Below, in pieces: positions 30,986-40,916 of a stretch of 64,000 bases of DNA (within the stretch, counting starts at the first letter, position 1; each line of letters starts with the position of its first letter). Location: the NCBI RefSeq assembly GCF_003334305.1, contig NZ_QOWS01000012.1; one strand, 5' to 3'. Source of the stretch: Escherichia coli. Lineage in GTDB: Bacteria; Pseudomonadota; Gammaproteobacteria; Enterobacterales; Enterobacteriaceae. The notes beneath the pieces are model-generated. The model saw only the letters and a list, made by a program, of their open reading frames with translations. It ran no database searches and had not been told where the DNA came from. A program made the position numbers and the translations under genes.

Positions 30986-32317
30986 ATGAAACTGACAATA
31001 AATGAAAAGATAGGTTTTGGTGCCGGTGATATGGCCATTGCGATAGTAATGATGTCTTTAGCCATGATCATCACTTATTTTTACACGGATGTATTTGGTC
31101 TGAAACCCGTCGACTTAGGTATTCTGTTATTTTCTGTACGTATTCTTGATGCTGTGATTGATCCAGTTGTGGGAACAATGACAGACATAACGAATACACG
31201 TTGGGGAAAATATCGGCCATGGTTGCTTTTTATGTCAATACCGTTTGGGATAAGCATTTGGTTGATGTTCACCACACCTGATACCGATTATTCAGTTAAG
31301 CTTTTATGGGCCTGGGCTACCTATGTGTTACTTACCTTGACCTATACGTTAATCGCTATTCCTTATGTTTCATTAATCAGCGTTATCACGGATGATCCAC
31401 AAGAGAGATTGAGCGCCAATGGTTATCGTTTTGTTATGACAAAAATTGCCATGTTCGCCGTAACAATTATTGTTCCTTTATCTGCAATGTATCTTGGGAA
31501 GAATAACGTACAACTGGGTTATCAAATAGCAATGGGGACAATGGGTATTCTGGCAACGTGTTTATGCCTGTATTGTTTTTTTAGCGTGAGAGAGCGCATC
31601 TACCATCCAAAACCCAGTCTCGGTATGGCCGCGCAGTTTCGGTTACTGATCAAAAATGATCAATGGCTCATTTTGGGCGCTGTAATTGCGATCATTATGT
31701 TTGGCGGGATTATTCGTAACTCTGTCGCTGCATATTATGCAAAATATTACCTGAGTGGTGGGGATGCTTTAATTTCACCGTTTTTAACTTCAGGCGTGAT
31801 CGCCTCAGTTCTGGCTATGATCGCTTGCACCTGGCTTACTCGTCTCTATGACAAAATAAAAATATTTCGTTATACCCAATTACTGGCGTTCGTGGTGGGT
31901 GGTGCGATGTATTTCGTGCAACCAAATTCTATAGTGCTAGCTTTTACATTTTATATTGTGGTGACTTTCCTGACGGATATCCAGCTTCCCATTTATTGGG
32001 CATCCATTGCTGAGTCCGTGGATTACGGTGAAATGAAAACGGGGCAACGTGTTTCTGGCCTGGCATTTGGCGGGATTCTCTTTTTCCAAAAGTTCGGTAT
32101 GGGGCTGGCAGGGGGCTTTATCGGAATCGCTTTAGCCTATCTGGATTATCAACCAGGCGTAGAACAAACACCACAGGCGCTGTGGGGGATCTGCCTGTTA
32201 ATGACGATCATTCCCGCGATACTTAACCTGCTTACCGGACTCATCATGAGATTTTATCTGATTAATAATGAATATTACGAACAGATAAAAGCACGGTTAC
32301 AAACGGCGGAAGAGTGA
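30986..32317 (+). CDS. GPH-family (MelB/UidB-like) glycoside:cation symporter
   Basis: ~443 aa, ~12 hydrophobic helices; divergent from the GntR operon; GTG at 30977 is an alternative start. Confidence 0.75.
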   Translation: MKLTINEKIGFGAGDMAIAIVMMSLAMIITYFYTDVFGLKPVDLGILLFSVRILDAVIDPVVGTMTDITNTRWGKYRPWLLFMSIPFGISIWLMFTTPDTDYSVKLLWAWATYVLLTLTYTLIAIPYVSLISVITDDPQERLSANGYRFVMTKIAMFAVTIIVPLSAMYLGKNNVQLGYQIAMGTMGILATCLCLYCFFSVRERIYHPKPSLGMAAQFRLLIKNDQWLILGAVIAIIMFGGIIRNSVAAYYAKYYLSGGDALISPFLTSGVIASVLAMIACTWLTRLYDKIKIFRYTQLLAFVVGGAMYFVQPNSIVLAFTFYIVVTFLTDIQLPIYWASIAESVDYGEMKTGQRVSGLAFGGILFFQKFGMGLAGGFIGIALAYLDYQPGVEQTPQALWGICLLMTIIPAILNLLTGLIMRFYLINNEYYEQIKARLQTAEE

Positions 32318-32325
32318 AAATAAAT

Positions 32326-32352
32326 GGCCGGCAAGCAGCACCGGCCTCTTTT
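32326..32352. terminator. Terminator hairpin between convergent symporter gene and ygiN
   Basis: ggccgg-caagcagca-ccggcc followed by tctttt. Confidence 0.6.
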
Positions 32353-32360
32353 CAGAAATA

Positions 32361-32675
32361 TTAAATCCCTGGCTGCAGAATACGAATATTCATCTCCAGC
32401 ACGTCGCCTTTTACGGCTTCGCTGTACGCCTTCATGTGCGGGGTTTGCAGATGCGCTTCAAGATGCGCGATGCTTTCCCACTGCTCAATCATCACGATAG
32501 AATCCGGTGCCATAGACTGGAAACTCACGCCAGCAGCGCAATCCACCATTGGCGCATAGCCGTGGCAACCTTCTTCTTTCAGTACGGTTGGAACGATTTT
32601 AGCAAACTGATCCAATACCGCCTGACGGTGATGTTGACCAGGACGAGTACGGATTTCTGCGATTACGGTAAGCAT
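32361..32675 (-). CDS. ygiN: Quinol monooxygenase
   Basis: 104 aa ORF, ABM-domain size; upstream of mdaB. Confidence 0.9.
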   Translation of the reverse strand: MLTVIAEIRTRPGQHHRQAVLDQFAKIVPTVLKEEGCHGYAPMVDCAAGVSFQSMAPDSIVMIEQWESIAHLEAHLQTPHMKAYSEAVKGDVLEMNIRILQPGI

Positions 32676-32705
32676 GGTTAACTCCTTCTAAAGCCTGAGC
32701 TCTAG

Positions 32706-33287
32706 TTAACCAAAAATTTCCACAAGATGCTTGCGATATTCTTCAGTATAGCGGGGAACATCAGGCATTTTTATCACGTCATTAGCGATAAATGTCGGCA
32801 GCGGTTCCATACCGAGGAATTGGTTTGCTTTATGGAACGGCAGATACACACCGTCAACGCCAACGCCGTGGAAGAACTGATCTTTTTCGGTGAAGGCTTC
32901 CATTGGTGCGTTCCAGGTTAGAGAAAGCATATATTTTTTGCCCTGTACCAGGCCGCCGGAACCGTATTTTTTCGACGGATCTTTGCGGGTACGACCATCG
33001 CTGGCATACAGTGTTCCATGACCTTCGGTGAATACATCATCAATATATTTTTTCACTGTCCACGGCGCGCCCATCCACCAGCCTGGCATCTGCCAGATCA
33101 CCACATCAGCCCAGAGAAAGTTTTGTACTTCCGCTTTGACAACGTAGTCGCTGTCGGCGCGAACGATGCGGACATCATGCCCGAGGTCGCGCAGTGTGCC
33201 ATCCGCGACTTCGGTCAGGGTGTCGTTCAGTTGACCATTGGAGTGGGCGAATTTTTTCGCGCCGTTGATAATCAGGATGTTGCTCAT
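32706..33287 (-). CDS. mdaB: NADPH:quinone oxidoreductase MdaB
   Basis: 193 aa flavodoxin-like ORF. Confidence 0.9.
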   Translation of the reverse strand: MSNILIINGAKKFAHSNGQLNDTLTEVADGTLRDLGHDVRIVRADSDYVVKAEVQNFLWADVVIWQMPGWWMGAPWTVKKYIDDVFTEGHGTLYASDGRTRKDPSKKYGSGGLVQGKKYMLSLTWNAPMEAFTEKDQFFHGVGVDGVYLPFHKANQFLGMEPLPTFIANDVIKMPDVPRYTEEYRKHLVEIFG

Positions 33288-33605
33288 TTTTTAACCTCAA
33301 GGTGAGACGTTTGTCGACTATAGTACGTCACAGAGCGGTACGGTGAAATTAGCAAAATGTGCAAAGTCTTTTGCGAATTTAGCAAAAGTCTGATCTAGCT
33401 CTGACTCACCGATGCAGGATAAATATTTTCTGAAAATGACAATACTGATAGCCATTCCTCATAATTCTTACTCGCACCGGAATAATTTACACGTTTGGTT
33501 CGGTTTTTTTTGGGATTGAAAATATGGCTTTGAATAAGTAAAAGATGAAAATATCAACGTGTCATGTTGATAATTATAAATGGATTTTTATGAGCGTACT
33601 GATAT

Positions 33606-33938
33606 ATGTTAAAGCATAAAATTCAAACAATATTTGAAGCTCTGTTATACATAATGCTTACTTATTGGTTAATAGATGCTTTTTTTGCTTTCAATAAGTA
33701 TGACTGGATGCTTGAGTCGGGAGGCAATATTTGCAGTATACCTTCCGTTTCAGGCGAAGATCGTATATTGCAAGCAATGATTGCAGCATTTTTTCTTCTT
33801 ACGCCACTTATTATTCTTATCTTAAGAAAACTCTTTATGCGGGAAATGTTCGAGTTTTGGGTATATGTATTTTCGCTCGGTATTTGTCTGGTTTGTGGTT
33901 GGTGGCTTTTTTGGGGACGGTTTATATTTTGCTATTAG
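33606..33938 (+). CDS. ygiZ: Inner membrane protein YgiZ
   Basis: 110 aa hydrophobic ORF after an AT-rich upstream region. Confidence 0.75.
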   Translation: MLKHKIQTIFEALLYIMLTYWLIDAFFAFNKYDWMLESGGNICSIPSVSGEDRILQAMIAAFFLLTPLIILILRKLFMREMFEFWVYVFSLGICLVCGWWLFWGRFIFCY

Positions 33939-33983
33939 TAAAATCTATGAGAGTCGTTTTAACGGCTCTCATAGACAGAGAAG

Positions 33984-35333
33984 TTACCAGCTTACCTTCG
34001 CCTCAAATCCACCTTGTTCCGCATTCCCAAATTCAACATTCATGCCATGCAATTTGGCGATTCGCTGGACAATCGATAGCCCAAGCCCGCTGCCGGTAGC
34101 GGTTTGTCCGGGTGGGCGATAGAAGCGTTCGCCAATTCGCGCCAGAGCCTCTGGCGTCACACCGGGGCCGTTATCCCTCACGATGAAATTATCAGCATTC
34201 AGCGTGACGTCTATCACGCTGCCCTGTGGACTGTAGCGCACGGCGTTATCCAGCAAATTTCGCACCAACAAACTTAGCAATAGCGGTTGTCCGGTGCGTT
34301 TGATGCCGTGGGCATTGAGTGTCAGTCGCACGTCAATTTTCGCCTGCTGCGCCGTGTGGTAAATATCCATCACCGACGATTGGAGGAGATCTTCAAGCGG
34401 GATCTCCGCGACGTCCTGAAGGTTATCCAGTGAGTCCAGCCGCGATAGAGTGAGCAGTTGATCAACCAGACGAGTAGCGCGATCGATCCCGTAATGTAAT
34501 TGAAGCAGCGCTTTTTTCCGCGCTTGCGGATCATCGTCAGAAAGCTGCGCAACTTCGGTTTGCACTTTCAGCGCCGTTAACGGGCTACGTAGTTCGTGAG
34601 CTGCGTCGGAGGTAAAGCGTCGTTCACGAACCATCATCGCATGTGTGCGGGCGAACAGTTGATTTAGCGACTCAACCAACGGACGCACTTCGCTGGGTAC
34701 GCCAGTCGCGTTTAGTGGTTTTTCCGAGTCAGGGTCACGCATACGCAGCGCCAGCGCCAGTTTGTTCAGCGGCGCGAGTTCACGACCCAATAGTACCATC
34801 ATGATGATTAACATAATCGGCAGTGCGACCAGCCACGGGATCAATTGCCCGGCAACAATCGCCAGCGCCATGTCTTCACGGTATTCCCATTCCTGACCAA
34901 CAACGATGCGATATTTGCCATCAGGTGAGGTCATCCAGACAAAACGCCATTGATCTTTATCGCCCACCAGTTGCCCGTCAGCAAAACCTTCCCGTTGATA
35001 GCTATAAGGAATATCTTCTCCGTTATCGCCATCGTTAAGGACCATTCTGCCGTCGTGGGTAAAGATGGCAAAGGTCAGCGCATCGTCATCAACATGACCG
35101 TGTTTTAATTTATTTGGCGTCTGTGCCATGCGATCCGCCGCGTTGATTTCGTTGAGATCGAGCGTACTTAACCGCTTGGCAAACAGCATCAGTTGGGTGT
35201 CGAACAATTCATCGACGTTATCCGTTGTTTGTTTCCAGGCGACAAAGCTGGAAAGCAGCCAGGTCACCGAGGCCAGAATTAAAAAGATTAGCGTCAGCCT
35301 GACGCGCAGACTAAGACGTTGGGTAAATTTCAT
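33984..35333 (-). CDS. qseC: Sensor histidine kinase QseC
   Basis: 449 aa; two TM segments, H-box AAHELRSPL, HATPase C-terminus. Confidence 0.95.
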   Translation of the reverse strand: MKFTQRLSLRVRLTLIFLILASVTWLLSSFVAWKQTTDNVDELFDTQLMLFAKRLSTLDLNEINAADRMAQTPNKLKHGHVDDDALTFAIFTHDGRMVLNDGDNGEDIPYSYQREGFADGQLVGDKDQWRFVWMTSPDGKYRIVVGQEWEYREDMALAIVAGQLIPWLVALPIMLIIMMVLLGRELAPLNKLALALRMRDPDSEKPLNATGVPSEVRPLVESLNQLFARTHAMMVRERRFTSDAAHELRSPLTALKVQTEVAQLSDDDPQARKKALLQLHYGIDRATRLVDQLLTLSRLDSLDNLQDVAEIPLEDLLQSSVMDIYHTAQQAKIDVRLTLNAHGIKRTGQPLLLSLLVRNLLDNAVRYSPQGSVIDVTLNADNFIVRDNGPGVTPEALARIGERFYRPPGQTATGSGLGLSIVQRIAKLHGMNVEFGNAEQGGFEAKVSW

Positions 35334-35989
35334 TTCTCACCTAATGTGTAGCCAATACCATGCACGGTACGAATAAAATCACTACCGAGTTTGCGTCGCA
35401 GATGATGCACATGCACTTCAACGGCATTACTGGTGACCTCTTCGTCCCAGGTATACAGTTTCTCTTCAATCAGTTTGCGCGGCAGTACCCGACCAGCGTT
35501 ACGCATCAGTAATTCCAGCAGGGCAAATTCTTTTGGTTTCAGTGTTAAGGGTTCGCCAGCCAGCGTGGCGATACGTTTGCCGGGGTCGAGCATGACGTTA
35601 CCGTGGCGCAGCTCGTTGCTGGCCTGGCCGTTGGTTCGGCGCATCAGAGCTTCCAGCCTGGCGGCGACTTCTATCAACGCAAAAGGTTTACACAGATAAT
35701 CGTCAGCTCCCAGACGCAGCCCTTCTACACGTTCCTCCAGCGCATCGCGCGCGGTCAGGATCAGTACCGGCTCACACTGACCTTTTTCTCGCCATTCGCG
35801 CAAAATATCGCGACCATCCATGCCTGGTAAGGTTAAATCCAGGATCACCGCATCATAAGGCGCGCTATAAAGCGCCTCTTTTCCCTGACGACCTTGTGTA
35901 AACCAGTCGACGCTAAAACCCATTTTACTAAGGCCCGTTTTGATGCCGTCGCCAATCAGCATGTCATCTTCTATCAGTAAAATTCGCAT
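35330..35989 (-). CDS. qseB: Response regulator QseB (OmpR family)
   Basis: 219 aa; receiver domain (MRILLIEDD..., DLTLPGMDG) plus winged helix; 4-nt overlap with qseC. Confidence 0.95.
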   Translation of the reverse strand: MRILLIEDDMLIGDGIKTGLSKMGFSVDWFTQGRQGKEALYSAPYDAVILDLTLPGMDGRDILREWREKGQCEPVLILTARDALEERVEGLRLGADDYLCKPFALIEVAARLEALMRRTNGQASNELRHGNVMLDPGKRIATLAGEPLTLKPKEFALLELLMRNAGRVLPRKLIEEKLYTWDEEVTSNAVEVHVHHLRRKLGSDFIRTVHGIGYTLGEK

Positions 35990-36140
35990 TTTTTCATCCC
36001 TGCGATAACCGTATTTGCTGCCAGTAAACCGTGTTGTAACGCGCTCTGTACAGCACTAAATTTTATTTTTTTCCCTTAAGAAGTTGTTAAGGACTATCTT
36101 GTTAAATGCTCGGAAACAGACATTAAAGGGAGTAATAAAC

Positions 36141-36533
36141 ATGAAAAAATTCGCAGCAGTAATCGCAGTAATGGCCCTGTGCAGCGCACCGGTGATGGCA
36201 GCAGAGCAGGGCGGTTTTTCTGGCCCATCGGCAACGCAAAGTCAGGCCGGAGGATTCCAGGGGCCGAACGGCAGCGTAACGACCGTAGAAAGCGCAAAAT
36301 CCCTGCGTGACGACACCTGGGTAACCCTGCGCGGCAATATCGTTGAACGCATCTCTGACGATCTCTACGTGTTTAAAGATGCCAGCGGTACTATCAATGT
36401 TGATATCGACCACAAACGCTGGAACGGTGTGACGGTGACGCCGAAAGATACGGTTGAGATTCAGGGTGAAGTCGATAAAGACTGGAATTCTGTTGAAATT
36501 GACGTCAAACAGATCCGCAAAGTAAATCCGTAA
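36141..36533 (+). CDS. ygiW: BOF/OB-fold periplasmic stress protein
   Basis: 130-aa product beginning MKKFAAVIAVMALCSAPVMA (signal peptide); divergent from qseBC. Confidence 0.85.
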   Translation: MKKFAAVIAVMALCSAPVMAAEQGGFSGPSATQSQAGGFQGPNGSVTTVESAKSLRDDTWVTLRGNIVERISDDLYVFKDASGTINVDIDHKRWNGVTVTPKDTVEIQGEVDKDWNSVEIDVKQIRKVNP

Positions 36534-36585
36534 TTGTTACCGCTCCCGGGACGCGTTCCCGGGAATAATTTCGCAGGGAGGCAAA

Positions 36586-37068
36586 ATGACAAACCTGACA
36601 CTGGATGTAAACATTATCGATTTCCCATCAATCCCTGTGGCGATGTTGCCGCACCGCTGTAGCCCTGAGTTGCTCAACTACAGTGTGGCGAAATTTATCA
36701 TGTGGCGTAAAGAGACGAGGCTTTCTCCTGTTAACCAAAGCCAGACTTTTGGCGTCGCCTGGGACGACCCTGCCACCACCGCACCGGAAGCGTTTCGCTT
36801 TGATATCTGCGGCAGCGTTAGCGAACCGATTCCCGATAATCGTTATGGTGTGAGCAATGGTGAACTTACCGGTGGACGTTATGCCGTGGCCCGCCACGTT
36901 GGCGAGCTGGACGATATTTCACACACGATATGGGGCATTATTCGCCACTGGCTGCCTGCAAGCGGCGAGAAAATGCGTAAAGCACCGATTCTGTTTCACT
37001 ACACCAATCTTGCCGAAGGGGTGACAGAGCAGCGACTGGAAACGGATGTTTATGTGCCGTTGGCGTGA
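36586..37068 (+). CDS. ygiV: GyrI-like small-molecule-binding domain protein
   Basis: 160 aa ORF downstream of ygiW. Confidence 0.8.
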   Translation: MTNLTLDVNIIDFPSIPVAMLPHRCSPELLNYSVAKFIMWRKETRLSPVNQSQTFGVAWDDPATTAPEAFRFDICGSVSEPIPDNRYGVSNGELTGGRYAVARHVGELDDISHTIWGIIRHWLPASGEKMRKAPILFHYTNLAEGVTEQRLETDVYVPLA

Positions 37069-37613
37069 TGGGGAATCTTTACCGGAGTGTGAGCCAAATC
37101 ACTCGCGATAAGTTTGAGCGAACAATGCCACAGGCGTATTGTTGTTGGGCTTATAATTTCTCCGGTAAGGAATACCATGTATACGCGAAATTTATTATCC
37201 GGTGCGCCGTAAGCCGTCTCGGGGGTATCCATGAGCAAGCCGCACTTATGGCAGGAGGCGCGGGGCACTGGTGGAGACACAGCTAAACTGGGCTGAACCG
37301 TATACTTACAGTCGACTACTTTGATGCTTTAGGCTTCCCTGGACTCGCATAACCTCAACTTCTCGAATCGCCCGGAGCGGACCCCCATGCCGAGTGGTGT
37401 GGCATGGGCGCAACCTTGTGCTGCCCTCTATGCCGATCAAGTCTACAGCAAAGAGTTGTATATCAAGGCACATTGATGCCTTTATCGCCGTCGGAGCACG
37501 TCCGGCGGCGCTATTCACGCTGATCTCCTGTGACTCGACGCGGCAGATAATGTAGTATCTCCGGCAATATTGCCCCTTTGAAGGCTGGCGAATAAGTTGA
37601 GGAATCAGAATTA

Positions 37614-39872
37614 ATGAGCGATATGGCAGAGCGCCTTGCGCTACATGAATTTACGGAAAACGCCTACTTAAACTACTCCATGTACGTGATCATGGACCGT
37701 GCGTTGCCGTTTATTGGCGATGGTCTTAAACCTGTTCAGCGCCGCATTGTGTATGCGATGTCTGAACTGGGCCTGAATGCCAGCGCCAAATTTAAAAAAT
37801 CGGCCCGTACCGTCGGTGACGTACTGGGTAAATACCATCCGCACGGCGATAGCGCCTGTTATGAAGCGATGGTCCTGATGGCGCAGCCGTTCTCTTACCG
37901 TTATCCGCTGGTTGATGGTCAGGGGAACTGGGGCGCGCCGGACGATCCGAAATCGTTCGCGGCAATGCGTTACACCGAATCCCGGTTGTCGAAATATTCC
38001 GAGCTGCTATTGAGCGAGCTGGGGCAGGGGACGGCTGACTGGGTGCCAAACTTCGACGGCACTTTGCAGGAGCCGAAAATGCTGCCTGCTCGTCTGCCAA
38101 ACATTTTGCTTAACGGCACCACCGGTATTGCCGTCGGCATGGCGACCGATATTCCACCGCATAACCTGCGTGAAGTAGCTCAGGCGGCAATCGCATTAAT
38201 CGACCAGCCGAAAACCACGCTCGATCAGCTGCTGGATATCGTGCAGGGGCCGGATTATCCGACTGAAGCGGAAATTATCACTTCGCGCGCCGAGATCCGT
38301 AAAATCTACGAGAACGGACGTGGTTCAGTGCGTATGCGCGCGGTGTGGAAGAAAGAAGATGGCGCGGTGGTTATCAGCGCATTACCGCATCAGGTTTCAG
38401 GTGCGCGCGTACTGGAGCAAATTGCTGCGCAAATGCGCAATAAAAAGCTGCCGATGGTTGACGATCTGCGCGATGAATCTGACCACGAGAACCCGACCCG
38501 TCTGGTGATTGTGCCGCGTTCCAACCGCGTGGATATGGATCAGGTGATGAACCACCTCTTCGCTACCACCGATCTGGAAAAGAGCTATCGCATTAACCTC
38601 AATATGATCGGTCTGGATGGTCGTCCGGCGGTGAAAAACCTGCTGGAAATCCTCTCCGAATGGCTGGTGTTCCGTCGCGATACCGTGCGCCGCCGACTGA
38701 ACTATCGTCTGGAGAAAGTCCTCAAGCGCCTGCATATCCTGGAAGGTTTGCTGGTGGCGTTTCTCAACATCGACGAAGTGATTGAGATCATTCGTAACGA
38801 AGATGAACCGAAACCGGCGCTGATGTCGCGGTTTGGCCTTACGGAAACCCAGGCGGAAGCGATCCTCGAACTGAAACTGCGTCATCTTGCCAAACTGGAA
38901 GAGATGAAGATTCGCGGTGAGCAGAGTGAGCTGGAAAAAGAGCGCGACCAGTTGCAGGGCATTTTGGCTTCCGAGCGTAAAATGAATAACCTGCTGAAGA
39001 AAGAACTGCAGGCAGACGCGCAAGCCTACGGTGACGATCGTCGTTCGCCGTTGCAGGAACGCGAAGAAGCGAAAGCGATGAGCGAGCACGACATGCTGCC
39101 GTCTGAACCTGTCACCATTGTGCTGTCGCAGATGGGTTGGGTACGCAGCGCTAAAGGCCATGATATCGACGCGCCGGGCCTGAATTATAAAGCGGGTGAT
39201 AGCTTCAAAGCGGCGGTGAAAGGTAAGAGCAACCAACCGGTAGTGTTTGTTGATTCCACCGGTCGTAGCTATGCCATCGACCCGATTACGCTGCCGTCGG
39301 CGCGTGGTCAGGGCGAGCCGCTCACCGGCAAATTAACGTTGCCGCCTGGGGCGACCGTTGACCATATGCTGATGGAAAGCGACGATCAGAAACTGCTGAT
39401 GGCTTCCGATGCGGGTTACGGTTTCGTCTGCACCTTTAACGATCTGGTGGCGCGTAACCGTGCAGGTAAGGCTTTGATCACCTTACCGGAAAATGCCCAT
39501 GTTATGCCGCCGGTGGTGATTGAAGATGCTTCCGATATGCTGCTGGCAATCACTCAGGCAGGCCGTATGTTGATGTTCCCGGTAAGCGATCTGCCGCAGC
39601 TGTCGAAGGGCAAAGGCAACAAGATTATCAACATTCCATCGGCAGAAGCCGCGCGTGGAGAAGATGGTCTGGCGCAATTGTACGTTCTGCCGCCGCAAAG
39701 CACGCTGACCATTCATGTTGGGAAACGCAAAATTAAACTGCGCCCGGAAGAGTTACAGAAAGTCACTGGCGAACGTGGACGCCGCGGTACGTTGATGCGC
39801 GGTTTGCAGCGTATCGATCGTGTTGAGATCGACTCTCCTCGCCGTGCCAGCAGCGGTGATAGCGAAGAGTAA
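37614..39872 (+). CDS. parC: DNA topoisomerase IV subunit A
   Basis: 752 aa ORF; type IIA topoisomerase subunit A features (active-site region AAMRYTE). Confidence 0.95.
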
Positions 39873-40104
39873 TATGCCGGGGAGGGCCTGTTTCCTCCCG
39901 CTTGCAAGGAACGCCGGATGAAACGTTAAGTCGTCATCCGGCAGCGTATTCAACCCCCGGAAACGATAAAAATTCCCTTGAAACCGTTGTTTATTCATGC
40001 GTTGCGATTAACAATACGCTTTTCCAGAGAGCGGCTTTTAACAATGCCCTAACCTGATTTCAGGTGACGTACAATGCCAGTCTCTCAGACCTTCAGAGGG
40101 TGTT

Positions 40105-40842
40105 ATGCTATATATCTTTCGTCTTATTATTACCGTGATTTACAGCATCTTAGTCTGTGTATTCGGCTCCATTTACTGCCTTTTCAGCCCGCGTAACCCG
40201 AAACATGTGGCCACCTTTGGGCATATGTTTGGCCGTCTTGCGCCGCTGTTCGGCCTGAAAGTTGAGTGCCGCAAACCTGCAGATGCTGAAAGCTACGGCA
40301 ATGCTATCTATATCGCTAACCACCAGAACAACTATGACATGGTGACAGCATCGAACATTGTGCAACCGCCGACGGTGACGGTAGGTAAAAAGAGCTTGCT
40401 GTGGATCCCCTTCTTCGGGCAGTTGTACTGGTTAACCGGCAACTTATTGATCGACAGAAACAATCGCACTAAAGCTCACGGCACCATTGCGGAAGTCGTG
40501 AATCATTTCAAAAAACGCCGTATTTCCATCTGGATGTTCCCGGAAGGAACCCGCAGCCGTGGTCGCGGCCTGCTACCGTTCAAGACTGGAGCATTTCACG
40601 CGGCAATTGCGGCGAGCGTCCCGATTATTCCCGTGTGCGTCTCTACAACTTCGAATAAGATTAATCTTAATCGACTGCACAACGGTCTGGTGATTGTCGA
40701 AATGCTGCCGCCAATTGACGTCAGTCAGTATGGCAAAGATCAGGTTCGTGAGCTGGCTGCCCATTGTCGTTCGATAATGGAACAAAAAATCGCCGAGCTC
40801 GATAAAGAAGTCGCAGAACGCGAAGCCGCCGGAAAAGTTTAA
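40105..40842 (+). CDS. plsC: 1-acyl-sn-glycerol-3-phosphate acyltransferase
   Basis: 245 aa; acyltransferase motifs NHQNNYD and FPEGTRS. Confidence 0.95.
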   Translation: MLYIFRLIITVIYSILVCVFGSIYCLFSPRNPKHVATFGHMFGRLAPLFGLKVECRKPADAESYGNAIYIANHQNNYDMVTASNIVQPPTVTVGKKSLLWIPFFGQLYWLTGNLLIDRNNRTKAHGTIAEVVNHFKKRRISIWMFPEGTRSRGRGLLPFKTGAFHAAIAASVPIIPVCVSTTSNKINLNRLHNGLVIVEMLPPIDVSQYGKDQVRELAAHCRSIMEQKIAELDKEVAEREAAGKV

Positions 40843-40916
40843 GTCGGCAATCTGTATTTTTGCGGGGAACACTTTCCTGCACGGTATTACTTTAGCCAGT
40901 TTTACATGGAGCAAAT

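Noticed and set aside
37050-37518. Short ORFs between ygiV and parC as candidate remnants of mqsA (zinc-ribbon antitoxin)
   Set aside because: Cysteine spacing and sequence do not resemble the MqsA CxxC zinc ribbon or HTH domain, so they are not called as genes and the interval is only flagged as a finding.
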